This document shows positions 55,121 through 64,000 of a stretch of 64,000 nt of DNA, in pieces. Location of the stretch: NCBI GenBank assembly GCA_964230645.1, contig CAXRHT010000003.1:585065-649064 (forward strand). Reading direction: 5' to 3'. The stretch's first letter is position 1; each line of letters opens with the position of its first letter. The notes below the pieces were generated by a model. That model worked only from the letters and a program-made list of their open reading frames with translations, did no database searches and was not told where the DNA came from. The position numbers were made by a program, and so were the translations under genes. This DNA comes from Bdellovibrionales bacterium. GTDB lineage: Bacteria > Bdellovibrionota > Bdellovibrionia > Bdellovibrionales > JAGQZY01.

Positions 55121-55587
55121 GTAAGGTAGTTATTAACGATACGATTGAGCCAACAAGAAAATTTCTAGAACGATCAGTCCTTATTAATAAAGTTTCGGTG
55201 AAACAGGAAGTCGATATTGCTAATGCAGTGAAGGAGACCTTTGTAATTACAGGCAAAATGGGCTTTCGGCGTTCTATACAGTTTTTAGTAGCGACTTCTG
55301 TCTCTGAATTAGCTCGAAACATTTTTCAGTATGGGAATGGGGGGATAATTTTTTTTGGAGAATCCAAACCTGAGGCCCCCCAAAAAGGAATTCATATCGA
55401 AGCCTGTGATCAGGGGCCTGGTATTGAGGATATCGCTTTGGCTATGCAAGATCATTATAGTACCGGTGGCACTCTAGGCCTAGGCTTACCGGGAGTAAAA
55501 AGAATGATGGATGAGTTTTCGATTGCCACCCAAATGGGAGAGGGAACTTGTGTGACTTGTGCAAAATGGGAGAATTCCCGTGAATAA
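55111..55587 (+). CDS. rsbT: RsbT-like serine/threonine kinase
   Basis: ATSVSELARNI..Y, DQGPGI.DI.LAMQDHYSTGGTLGLGLPGVKRMMDEF. Confidence 0.9.
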   Translation: MWIGKVVINDTIEPTRKFLERSVLINKVSVKQEVDIANAVKETFVITGKMGFRRSIQFLVATSVSELARNIFQYGNGGIIFFGESKPEAPQKGIHIEACDQGPGIEDIALAMQDHYSTGGTLGLGLPGVKRMMDEFSIATQMGEGTCVTCAKWENSRE

Positions 55588-56164
55588 ATTGGAGTGCCAT
55601 TGGGTGGGCCGTCCCCATCCTCACTGTTACGACAGTGGGGATATTGGTTTTTGCAAAAAAGAGGGAAACCTTTTGTTGGGATTTATTCTCGATGTTACCG
55701 GGCATGGAGAAAAAGCTTTTCAGCTCGCTCAACAGACCAAATCTTTCGTAGAAAAAAATTTGAACACGGACTTGGAGGAGTCTGTTGAGAGTCTGCACGC
55801 GAACTTAAAAAAGACAGTGGGCGGTGTCGGAGCATTGTTAAAAATAGAGGATTCGGGCCAGGGGGAGCTGGTCGCTATAGGTAATGTGACAGCTCGTATC
55901 ATTGGGAGTAAGAGAGATAAACATCTTGTGAGTATGGGTGGTCTACTTGGACAAATACTTCCTAATATTTATCCAGAAAAATTTGAGCTTAATATCGGGG
56001 AATATTTGCTTCTTCATACTGATGGACTTGTCGGACATACAAAAAAAGATGAATTTCTGGATGTTATCGGTCAATCTGCACAAATTGCTGCTGAAACATT
56101 TTTAGGACGTTTTTCCAAAAATACAGATGATGCCTTTTGTATGGTCATTCGGAGGACGGATTGA
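55559..56164 (+). CDS. rsbX: RsbX-like PP2C phosphatase
   Basis: SGD, LDVTGHG, IGNV, HTDGL and DDA PP2C motifs; follows rsbT. True start may be GTG 55580. Confidence 0.8.
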   Translation: MQNGRIPVNKLECHWVGRPHPHCYDSGDIGFCKKEGNLLLGFILDVTGHGEKAFQLAQQTKSFVEKNLNTDLEESVESLHANLKKTVGGVGALLKIEDSGQGELVAIGNVTARIIGSKRDKHLVSMGGLLGQILPNIYPEKFELNIGEYLLLHTDGLVGHTKKDEFLDVIGQSAQIAAETFLGRFSKNTDDAFCMVIRRTD

Positions 56165-57828
56165 ACTGGCTAGGAAAGGTGGAGATAAAAAGCTCTGACT
56201 CTGTTCAAGTATTCAAGAACAAGTTTATGCGAATTGGGCAGGATCTGGGCATGAGCACTTACAAATCTTCCCATTTGGTGGCGATCCTCACTGACCTTCT
56301 GGAAGAGAGATCACAAGGTTTTGTCACCCACTCAATCAGTTTAGGAATCAATTCGTCTGAATCTTCATTACTATTAGCTTTTTCTACCGACTCACCGACT
56401 GATTTGTATTCTAGAGTAAAAAAGCTCGGTAAAGTCTACGATTGGTCTGTTGACTATAGTTTCGAAAAACAAAGAAAAAAGGTTTTTTTAGAAATTAGGG
56501 GACTAATACAAGTTGAGGAAATTTCAGCGAGTATCTTTGAAAAAATAAGATCGATCCTCGCAGAATTAACTACTGAGGAAAGTTTAGCAAAAGATCTCGA
56601 AAATTCTTTTTTACAACTTAAAGAAAAATCAAAACAACTCAATGATGCTAAAAAAGCGGCAGAGATCGCCAGTCGTACGAAAAGTTTATTCTTGGCGAAT
56701 ATGAGTCATGAAATTAGAACTCCTTTAGGAGCCATTCTGGGCTTTTCCAATTTGCTTAAAGAGAAAAAACTCAATGAAGAGCAGCGTCAGAACTATATTC
56801 ATATAATTAATCGAAACGCCAGTCAGTTGAAGGTCATTATTGATGATATTCTTGACCTGTCTAAAATTGAATCTGGAAAAATGCTTGTTGAGCAGTCTGA
56901 ATTTTCACTTTCCAACCTACTAATTGATATTAAAGAAACTATGGGGATGAAGTCTTCTGCGGGCGGTATAGAGTTTTACGTAGTTTCTGATGGTCTAATA
57001 CCCGAATTTATAATTTCCGACTCAACACGGATTCGCCAAATTCTTATAAATCTTGTCGGCAATGCAATGAAGTTCACCGAGAGTGGTCATGTGATGGTTA
57101 AAGCTCGATATTTTCAAAACTTCAATCGAGTAGGTGTGTTGGAATTTGATGTGGAAGATACCGGTATAGGTATGAACCAAGACGCTCAAGAAAAATTGTT
57201 CGAACCTTTTACCCAGGCGGACAGCTCCACCACTCGGCGTTTCGGAGGCACAGGTTTAGGGCTAACCTTATCTCTAAAACTGGCGCAAGCCCTTGGAGGT
57301 GAGGTTAAATTATTAGAATCCAAGCCCCATGAGGGGACGAGCTTTCGTGTTTCTTTAGCTTGTCAGGTGGAAAGCACATCTGAATTCTTATCGTTGGGAC
57401 GAGACTCCGAATTAAAAACAAGAATGGATTTTGAGCCCTCTAGAGAAAATAGATTGAAGTCCGCCAAAATTTTAATTGTGGATGATTCCATAGAAAACCT
57501 AACTTTAGCGAAAGTTTACCTTAGAAGAAATGGCGCCACTCCCAGTACAGTTACTAGTGGTCTTCAGGCTCTTGATTTCTTGAGTAAAGACAAGGTGGAT
57601 CTTGTATTGATGGATATTCAAATGCCTGGCCTCGATGGCTATGAAACCACGAGGCGATTGAGGGAGGCAGGTTTAACCACCCCCATAATCGCTCTAACTG
57701 CGAATGCATTTAAAGAAGAAAAAGATAAAGCCTTGCAGGCAGGATGTGATGCCTATATTACCAAACCTTTCCAAGAGGCTTTGTTGGTTGATACAATTGT
57801 AAAATTAACATCAGCCAAAAGTATTTGA
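56137..57828 (+). CDS. Cytoplasmic hybrid sensor histidine kinase (RsbT-like N-domain, HisKA, HATPase, REC)
   Basis: FLANMSHEIRTPL, NLVGNAMKFT, DTGIG, GGTGLGL, REC domain VLMDIQMP; no TM segments. Confidence 0.88.
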   Translation: MYGHSEDGLNWLGKVEIKSSDSVQVFKNKFMRIGQDLGMSTYKSSHLVAILTDLLEERSQGFVTHSISLGINSSESSLLLAFSTDSPTDLYSRVKKLGKVYDWSVDYSFEKQRKKVFLEIRGLIQVEEISASIFEKIRSILAELTTEESLAKDLENSFLQLKEKSKQLNDAKKAAEIASRTKSLFLANMSHEIRTPLGAILGFSNLLKEKKLNEEQRQNYIHIINRNASQLKVIIDDILDLSKIESGKMLVEQSEFSLSNLLIDIKETMGMKSSAGGIEFYVVSDGLIPEFIISDSTRIRQILINLVGNAMKFTESGHVMVKARYFQNFNRVGVLEFDVEDTGIGMNQDAQEKLFEPFTQADSSTTRRFGGTGLGLTLSLKLAQALGGEVKLLESKPHEGTSFRVSLACQVESTSEFLSLGRDSELKTRMDFEPSRENRLKSAKILIVDDSIENLTLAKVYLRRNGATPSTVTSGLQALDFLSKDKVDLVLMDIQMPGLDGYETTRRLREAGLTTPIIALTANAFKEEKDKALQAGCDAYITKPFQEALLVDTIVKLTSAKSI

Positions 57829-57899
57829 ATCCTTGCCGTTATTTCAGCTCTTTTTAAATTACTCTAAGCGAGATCAAGTTTTAGTTTGAGTTGAAGCGG

Positions 57900-58400
57900 T
57901 TAACTATTTTTTTCATACATACCCACAATTGTACTGGTAATATCTATTCCCTTTTTTGCCCAAAGAACATTGTCGGCCATTTTATTGAGCACAACATCAA
58001 AGCCTTCCTTATCTGCTAGTATTTTAATCTGTTTTTGTAATTTAGCAATTATAGGAGCTGTGACCTCTCTTTGTTTTTTCTGAATGTTGAATTGAAACTC
58101 CTGACCTTTTTGTTGCAGCTCCATGGACAGTTTTTGAATTTCTTTTTGCTGTTCAGACCGCTTAGCTTCTGACAACAGTAGGGCTTTTTTTTCAAAACTG
58201 TTGATCTTTTCTTTGAGCCCAAATTCCTTTTTTTTGAGAGTTTCTTCCATGAACTTGTATTCTTTCATTAATTCTTCTTTCGCTTTTTGCCCCTCTTTAG
58301 TGGCGTGAATGGCTTTTTGCATATCGATAACAGCAATGTTGAAATCAGAGGCAAGAACAGGGGGAGTCATTAAAACTAAGCAGCAAAATATAAGTCTCAT
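57900..58400 (-). CDS. skp: OmpH/Skp periplasmic chaperone
   Basis: Signal peptide, IAVIDMQK, coiled coil, GFDVVL..DITSTI. Confidence 0.8.
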   Translation of the reverse strand: MRLIFCCLVLMTPPVLASDFNIAVIDMQKAIHATKEGQKAKEELMKEYKFMEETLKKKEFGLKEKINSFEKKALLLSEAKRSEQQKEIQKLSMELQQKGQEFQFNIQKKQREVTAPIIAKLQKQIKILADKEGFDVVLNKMADNVLWAKKGIDITSTIVGMYEKNS

Positions 58401-58724
58401 AAGAGTCTCCTTTTCGTTTACTTTGCATTTTTTTAAAGGAGGCGGCCACTCTCATAAGACTGGTTTGTGATATTGATTGACTCGTTTGATGTTCGCAAAA
58501 AAGGTTAAAAATTCTCTCAAAGAGGCTAAAAGGTGCCACAGTATTCAATTCTCTTATAGGTCAAATAGGCTGGACTTTTGTCTAAATGCGTAAACAGCTA
58601 AGATTCTGTCATGCAAGCAAAAATCGTTCATTTATAAGGTGTTCTAATTTGACCTTATAACGATTGATCATTAGGTTGCAGCCATAGCAACGGACTGTTC
58701 GCTAACATTTAGGGGGAGAATTCA

Positions 58725-60125
58725 ATGAAGAATCGTTCATTCTTATTATTAATCGCTACAATTTTACTAATGCCATCCACAAGTTGGTCACAGGTTTCTG
58801 AAAATTGTGTCCTACGCCAAGATCTGTTGGAGATTTCTGAGGAGTTTGATCAGTTCGAGTCACCGTCCTCCGATCAAGGTGTTTACTGTGAAGAGGACTT
58901 AGGTAAAGAAGGGCTGGCTATAGCCAAGGCTCTGACTGTTTTAAAAAACATAACACCGAATGAGCCCGCCATTGTTAATGATGATGCCTTTACTTATAAA
59001 GCCATCGCCGAGAAAAACTGGTGGGACTACTTTACTAAGAGGGCCGAAAAGTTTGCAGTGATTCCAAACTGCCCAGAAGGTGTCGCCGCTTTCGTTCGAC
59101 CTTTCTTTGGTAATGGAACTATAAACCTTTGCGGTCTTTTCTTTGAGATGAATGTCTCAAGCCAAGCGTCCGTAATGATGCATGAGGTTCGTCACTTTGA
59201 TGGTCACGCTCACGTCACTTGTGCGCAAGGTATGGAAGAGGGCAACCAAGGAGCCTGTGATAACAACATCCGCGATAAAGGTTCTTACGCTATTAGTGTG
59301 CAAACATTAGTGGGCATGGCTCGCGCTGAAAATGTGAATGTTGGAGACAAATCACTTCTCGAAGCTGAAGCCATCTATATGGCCTTTAATAAGTTCAACA
59401 CGGTCCCAAGACTTCGTTTGAACAAATCCATCATTCTTTCCAACCAAGCCGGAGAGGTTTTTCAGTGGCAGCTAAAGGATGACAAAATGGATCAACTGGG
59501 CCAACTAGTTGAACCTTCTATGGTCCTTCGTAGTGGGGGAACGCTCACAGTTTTCCCACTGGATCCACAAAGTGATGCCTATAGACAAGACGTGGCCTTA
59601 GAAACCGATGTTGAAAACCCTGGATTGTATGCCAAGCACTACAACAGCGAGGCACCTCTAGAGCGAGCCAGATATAGAAGTATCTCTTACTTTGGAGCGG
59701 GAGGACTGCTTAAAGACAACACTCTCATCAACCTTTGTGACACCAAGGATTTAACTCTCGGAAACACGGACTTAAATCCCTATGGAAATGTGCAAGCACT
59801 GATGAGTCTTTCCAAAGACGCTGCCGACCAGTTCCGCGACTCCTATATTCTTAACGACGAGGGCGAGCTCTATCGCTACGAGTGTGTTGAGAATGATAGC
59901 CAAGAGGTGGCCATCGAGCCTTCGCCTTTTCGTCTCATAAACGGTGCGGACAAAGTGGTGCGTTCGTTTGGACTTGAAGGGGTGCAGTATTTCCTACTCG
60001 ATACAGGAGCTTTATCGGCCGCTCAGTTTCAAGGAAACAATATTGTTCTACAAGACATTGAGATGCCTGTGGCCAATCAAGGCTGGGTGAGTGCTACGCC
60101 TTTTAGTCTGCCGGAGGTTTTCTAA
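58725..60125 (+). CDS. Secreted HEXXH zinc-metalloprotease-like protein with beta-rich C-terminal domain
   Basis: Signal peptide; TINLC..FF, MMHEVRHFDGH; several Cys. Confidence 0.6.
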   Translation: MKNRSFLLLIATILLMPSTSWSQVSENCVLRQDLLEISEEFDQFESPSSDQGVYCEEDLGKEGLAIAKALTVLKNITPNEPAIVNDDAFTYKAIAEKNWWDYFTKRAEKFAVIPNCPEGVAAFVRPFFGNGTINLCGLFFEMNVSSQASVMMHEVRHFDGHAHVTCAQGMEEGNQGACDNNIRDKGSYAISVQTLVGMARAENVNVGDKSLLEAEAIYMAFNKFNTVPRLRLNKSIILSNQAGEVFQWQLKDDKMDQLGQLVEPSMVLRSGGTLTVFPLDPQSDAYRQDVALETDVENPGLYAKHYNSEAPLERARYRSISYFGAGGLLKDNTLINLCDTKDLTLGNTDLNPYGNVQALMSLSKDAADQFRDSYILNDEGELYRYECVENDSQEVAIEPSPFRLINGADKVVRSFGLEGVQYFLLDTGALSAAQFQGNNIVLQDIEMPVANQGWVSATPFSLPEVF

Positions 60126-60725
60126 TTGAATAGGATGAAATTTCTCATCCTTATCCCAATTATCGTAACCATTGGGGTTCTCGCTGTGATAAACTCAGAG
60201 GACCCCAAGCCTCAACCCTCTGATCAAAATGAAAATGTGACTTCTTCTTCTAGAATGAAGAGGAGGCAAAAGCCTCAAGAAGTTAAAGAGGTTTCTAAAA
60301 AATCCAATCCCAAACAAGGCAAGCATAGTCCAAAAAATGTCGCTCTCAAGGCTAATGGAAGCCCGAGAGAGACCATTGAAGAAGAGCTAAAAAGAGTTCG
60401 AGTGTTGGCCACACAACTGCCCGAGTCACGGGTTCAACTTCTTGAAATCATTACTAGCGAAGACCCTCTCAAGCAAAAAGAAATCAAACCTCATTCTATG
60501 GATGAAATCCAACAGAATAAAAGAGGGGCTGTGAAAGTCCTAGCGCTTAAAGCCTTAATGCAACTTAAGGATAAAAAGATGCTTCAAGAAAACCTAGGTC
60601 AGATTATTGCCACAGCCAAAGATCCCACCATTCGGAAGATTGCGAAGGCGGCCAAAGATTCAATGGATCAGGGGCGCTCTTTGTTTGAGGATTTCCCTGA
60701 GGCGGTTCAATCAGAATCTCTTTGA
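60126..60725 (+). CDS. Membrane-anchored hypothetical protein
   Basis: N-terminal TM, basic linker, helical C-domain; abuts the previous gene. Confidence 0.6.
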   Translation: MNRMKFLILIPIIVTIGVLAVINSEDPKPQPSDQNENVTSSSRMKRRQKPQEVKEVSKKSNPKQGKHSPKNVALKANGSPRETIEEELKRVRVLATQLPESRVQLLEIITSEDPLKQKEIKPHSMDEIQQNKRGAVKVLALKALMQLKDKKMLQENLGQIIATAKDPTIRKIAKAAKDSMDQGRSLFEDFPEAVQSESL

Positions 60726-60789
60726 TTACGAACTGAATTCTATTCCATTGCGGCGTGAATCTTAAAGCGTCCGTTGCTTAAATGTTCTT

Positions 60790-62166
60790 ATGCAAGAGAA
60801 AGAACTGCTTGAAAAACAAAAAAAATTCGTACGTTCTGGTCAAAGCCTCAGTAAAGACCACCGACTGGCACAACTCAAAAAACTTCGAGATTTAATCGAC
60901 AGTCATCAAGAAGACATCACTACCGCCTTACATAAAGATTTAAAAAAACCGAAATTGGAATCTTTCGTGACTGAGATTTCAAGCACATTGAAAGAAATTG
61001 ATCATTCTATTAAGCACTTGAGCTCATGGATGGAGGAGAGGAAATGGTTCTCGCCGCCCTTTTTACTCCCAGCCCGCTCAAAAATTCAAAAAGAACCCTT
61101 TGGCTCTACACTAGTGATTGCCCCTTGGAATTATCCTTTTCACCTCGCTCTAGCGCCTGCCGTCGCATCTTTGTCTGCTGGTAATTCCGTTGTGATTAAG
61201 CCGTCTGAAATTACGTCTCATACTGAAAAGTTGATCGCAAAAATAGTGAATCAAAATTTTGATGAGGAAATTTTAAAAGTGGTCACCGGAGGGGTGGATG
61301 TTTCAGAAAGATTAACCTCTCTTCCTTTTGACTTCATTTTTTTCACGGGTAGCACAGCTGTGGGTAAAATAATTATGAAAGCCGCCAGCGAAAATCTGGT
61401 TCCTGTTTGTTTAGAACTTGGTGGTAAAAGCCCCTGTGTCGTCGACTCGGAGGTGGATATTGAGGTCGCTGCACGGCGAATCGTGTGGGGCAAGTTCACA
61501 AATGCAGGTCAGACTTGTGTGGCCCCTGACTTTTTGTATGTCCATAGAGGAGTAAAAGAAAAGTTACTAAAACAAATAAAAGACGAATTAAAAAACTTCT
61601 ATGGCGAAAACCCGAAAGACTCAGATGATTTCGGACGTATTGTGAGTCTAAAACATTTTGATCGCTTGCTTCCTTTTTTGAATGAAGGTGAGATGGTTGT
61701 AGGAGGGGAGTCGGATCAAGATCAACTTTACATAGCACCCACCTTGATTGAAAATCTGAGTTGGGAAAGTGCGGTGATGAAAGAAGAAATTTTTGGTCCC
61801 ATTCTTCCGATCTTTGAGTTTGAAGAGCATGAAGAGCTTGTGGGTTTGTTGCAAGAGAAACAAAAGCCTTTGGCTTTTTATTTGTTTACTAAAAATCCTA
61901 AAGTAAAAAAGCGATACATGAATCAGTTCTCCTTTGGGGGAGGCTGTATCAATGACACCTTAGTTCACCTCTCCGATCCTGATCTTCCGTTCGGAGGTGT
62001 CGGAGCCAGTGGCATGGGAGCCTATCATGGTGAGGCTGGCTTTACTCTCTTCTCCCATAAAAAATCCGTCGTCGATAAATCATTTAAGTTGGACCTTTCT
62101 TTTCGTTATCCACCATATACAGACAAAAAACTTTCGTTACTTAAAAAAGTGCTGAGTTTTCTTTAG
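60790..62166 (+). CDS. Aldehyde dehydrogenase (ALDH3-like)
   Basis: IAPWNYP, KPSE, FFTGSTAVG, LELGGKSP, NAGQTCVAPD, EEIFGPILP. Confidence 0.93.
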   Translation: MQEKELLEKQKKFVRSGQSLSKDHRLAQLKKLRDLIDSHQEDITTALHKDLKKPKLESFVTEISSTLKEIDHSIKHLSSWMEERKWFSPPFLLPARSKIQKEPFGSTLVIAPWNYPFHLALAPAVASLSAGNSVVIKPSEITSHTEKLIAKIVNQNFDEEILKVVTGGVDVSERLTSLPFDFIFFTGSTAVGKIIMKAASENLVPVCLELGGKSPCVVDSEVDIEVAARRIVWGKFTNAGQTCVAPDFLYVHRGVKEKLLKQIKDELKNFYGENPKDSDDFGRIVSLKHFDRLLPFLNEGEMVVGGESDQDQLYIAPTLIENLSWESAVMKEEIFGPILPIFEFEEHEELVGLLQEKQKPLAFYLFTKNPKVKKRYMNQFSFGGGCINDTLVHLSDPDLPFGGVGASGMGAYHGEAGFTLFSHKKSVVDKSFKLDLSFRYPPYTDKKLSLLKKVLSFL

Positions 62167-62182
62167 GGCTTAGTCAGATACT

Positions 62183-62344
62183 CTAAAAAAAGATCACAAG
62201 GCTAGGGTCGATAAACACTGAGATAAATGCAAGCAAGCAAGCTCCGATTCCAATCGTCATTAAGCTCATATTCCAAACAAAGTTTTGGATAAGTAGAAAT
62301 AAAACACCGATTGTTAAAAGTGTGATGTGCATTGGGAATAACAT
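62183..62344 (-). CDS. Small hydrophobic membrane protein (53 aa), not in the ORF track
   Basis: AAAGGAG RBS; MLFPMHITLLTIGVLFLLIQNFVWNMSLMTIGIGACLLAFISVFIDPSLVIFF*, two hydrophobic segments. Confidence 0.55.
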   Translation of the reverse strand: MLFPMHITLLTIGVLFLLIQNFVWNMSLMTIGIGACLLAFISVFIDPSLVIFF

Positions 62345-62750
62345 TTTGTCTCCTTTGTGAATGGTTATGTCCTCTTGTTAGATTCATATATACGCATGCA
62401 TATATACTATGTCAAATGATATATATACAAGTATATAAAAGCGGTTGAATCGATAAATTACTCGAAACTTCAGTAACTTAGGGACTTTTCTCCAGTTTTG
62501 GAGCTGGAAAATTAGATATTTTTTCACCGTTTTCTTACAAGAGGCGTTAGTCACCTGCTTTCACAGCGAGGGGGTGACGAACTCAAAGTCGTTTGAAGGC
62601 CCCTAGAATTCAGAGGACCTTCGTTTTCCATCTACTGGTTACTAACAAATATTTGAGAAGCTCTTTCAATTTTTGACCAAAAGGGGTGGCTCTCCGTACA
62701 AGAGCCCTAAGCAAAACAAACAACCAACATCACCTTTAGGAGGGTACAAA

Positions 62751-63254
62751 ATGAAAGCACTTGTTTTTGTTTTATCAATGTTAGTAGCCGGTTCAGCTGT
62801 TGCTGGAACAAATTTCGAAGCCATGTCTTGGGATACAATCCTTCGCAGCGCTAAGTACGAGCCAGACTACGCTACAAAAATTCACTTCCAAAACGGATCC
62901 GTTTGGAGAAACATCTGGTCTGACAATCTTTGCACAGACGGAACTTTCATCTACGGTGGACTTTTTGAGAAGAAATACTGCGTAAGCGGAGACAACGATG
63001 ATTGTAACCGTTATGAGACAAAAGTTGTTGATCTTATTCAACCGATCTACAGCACACGTCAACGTTGCGCTGACTACCAAGATGACGATTGCGTAAAATA
63101 CGTAACCGTAAACTACGTACAACGTCCTACTCAAAACGTAAAAATCTACGGTAGCCAGTATAGCCCTGGTGACGACGACAACCACCGTCCACTTGGTGTT
63201 AAGTCTTACACAATCCCTTCTTGTGGTGGAGCTCCAAAAGTTCCTGCTAACTAA
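62751..63254 (+). CDS. Secreted Cys-containing hypothetical protein
   Basis: AGGAGG RBS before ATG 62751; signal MKALVFVLSMLVAGSAVA; two C-x6/7-C loops; codon usage suggests high expression. Confidence 0.75.
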   Translation: MKALVFVLSMLVAGSAVAGTNFEAMSWDTILRSAKYEPDYATKIHFQNGSVWRNIWSDNLCTDGTFIYGGLFEKKYCVSGDNDDCNRYETKVVDLIQPIYSTRQRCADYQDDDCVKYVTVNYVQRPTQNVKIYGSQYSPGDDDNHRPLGVKSYTIPSCGGAPKVPAN

Positions 63255-63272
63255 GATAGGATTTTTAAACTT

Positions 63273-63338
63273 TAAAGAGTGTTCTGTATGAACACTCTTT
63301 ACAAAAGCGCCACCTCTCAAAGAGGTGGCATTTTTTTT
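63273..63338 (+). terminator. Double hairpin / Rho-independent terminator
   Basis: TAAAGAGTGTTC/GAACACTCTTTA stem, then GCCACCTCT/AGAGGTGGC followed by T8. Confidence 0.8.
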
Positions 63339-63356
63339 AAAAAAAAGGGGAAAAAG

Positions 63357-64000
63357 ATGAGAGCTTTAATTTTATTCAGTTTTTTTACACTTTTCGCACC
63401 TGCTGTTTTTGCTAATATTCCTGGACTCGAGGCGACTTACTCAAGAATGCTAGGAAGAACACAGGCGACCATTGTTCAAAAAGGCCTTGTTCCCCAAACT
63501 CGTCCAGAGACCTGTCATCGCCAGGTTTTAAAAATAAGAGAGGATGGTCAAATAAACATCTTCGTTGCTTTCGGCTATATGGATGTCTCTGGTGGTCAAG
63601 ACTTTGAAGATTCTGGAATGTCCCTTTACGGCAATGGTGATGTCTTAGATTCCGACGCGAAAAAAGCACTCGTTGGCCGTCTGAAGTCTCGTTGCCCGTC
63701 TGGCCAGGATTCAATGGCCTGTGGTTTCAAAGGCAATGGAAGTAGCTTGCGCAAAACCATTCGTGATCGCTGGTCAAATTCTCGGATTCGAGTCAATATC
63801 GTGTTGGCTTCACCCTCAGTCACATCATCGGATGCGGCAAACAAGGGTCAGTACGCTTCCCGTCAGCAGAGCTCTTCCGCTCAGGTGAAAAATCAATTCC
63901 TCGGTGCTCTTCAGTCCTACGATGCTGTCATTTATATGGGGCATGCAAGAAGTGGAGGCGGGCCTGATTTTCTACCCCCCGTGCTTTATAGCAGTGGGGC
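63357..64000 (+). CDS. Secreted hypothetical protein, truncated by the window end
   Basis: ATG 63357, signal MRALILFSFFTLFAPAVFA, open to the end; ends ..YDAVIYMGHARSGGGPDF.. Confidence 0.7.
   Translation, partial: MRALILFSFFTLFAPAVFANIPGLEATYSRMLGRTQATIVQKGLVPQTRPETCHRQVLKIREDGQINIFVAFGYMDVSGGQDFEDSGMSLYGNGDVLDSDAKKALVGRLKSRCPSGQDSMACGFKGNGSSLRKTIRDRWSNSRIRVNIVLASPSVTSSDAANKGQYASRQQSSSAQVKNQFLGALQSYDAVIYMGHARSGGGPDFLPPVLYSSG

Noticed and set aside
54028-58720. Integrative element or prophage at tRNA-Leu
   Set aside because: No integrase or phage genes, and no repeat of the tRNA 3' end (attR) found by eye.
62202-62387. 61-aa ORF from the track
   Set aside because: The alternative frame 62183-62344 has the strong RBS and a coherent hydrophobic sequence.
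62549-62710. Hairpins upstream of the 62751 gene as a possible riboswitch
   Set aside because: The stems are short and imperfect, with no match to c-di-GMP, glycine or other riboswitch consensus that I can recognise.
62793-63320. Antisense ORFs such as 62793-63320, 30651-30938 and 41624-42169
   Set aside because: They are shadow frames opposite genes with strong codon bias.

Overview
Bacterial chromosomal window, most likely from a Bdellovibrionota-like predator. That assignment is inferred from the many secreted hydrolases and hypotheticals, the divergent upp, a TIGR02147-like HTH gene and the pilin types. The backbone is a division/cell-wall (dcw) cluster (mraZ-rsmH-ftsL-ftsI-murE-murF-mraY-murD-ftsW-murG-murC-murB) stretched over about 32 kb by inserted accessory genes, plus hpt/upp, folD-gcvT-gcvH and tRNA-Leu(TAG). 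Accessory highlights: (1) a possible phosphate-starvation neighbourhood (Fe3+-binding protein, Tat-exported PhoD, betaine-lipid btaAB); (2) a 27-bp tandem array beside a 174-bp element with ~37-bp terminal inverted repeats and an internal perfect 26-bp palindrome; (3) a large secreted Gly-rich protein resembling fungal DUF7932 proteins; (4) a three-gene operon (secreted protein, oversized class A PBP, long exported coiled-coil protein) between ftsW and murG, the best candidate for an undescribed system; (5) a divergent pair of guanidino-modifying enzymes; (6) a partial Flp/Tad locus; (7) a non-canonical RsbRSTX stressosome plus hybrid kinase next to the tRNA. All calls come from reading motifs by eye; no database searches were run.
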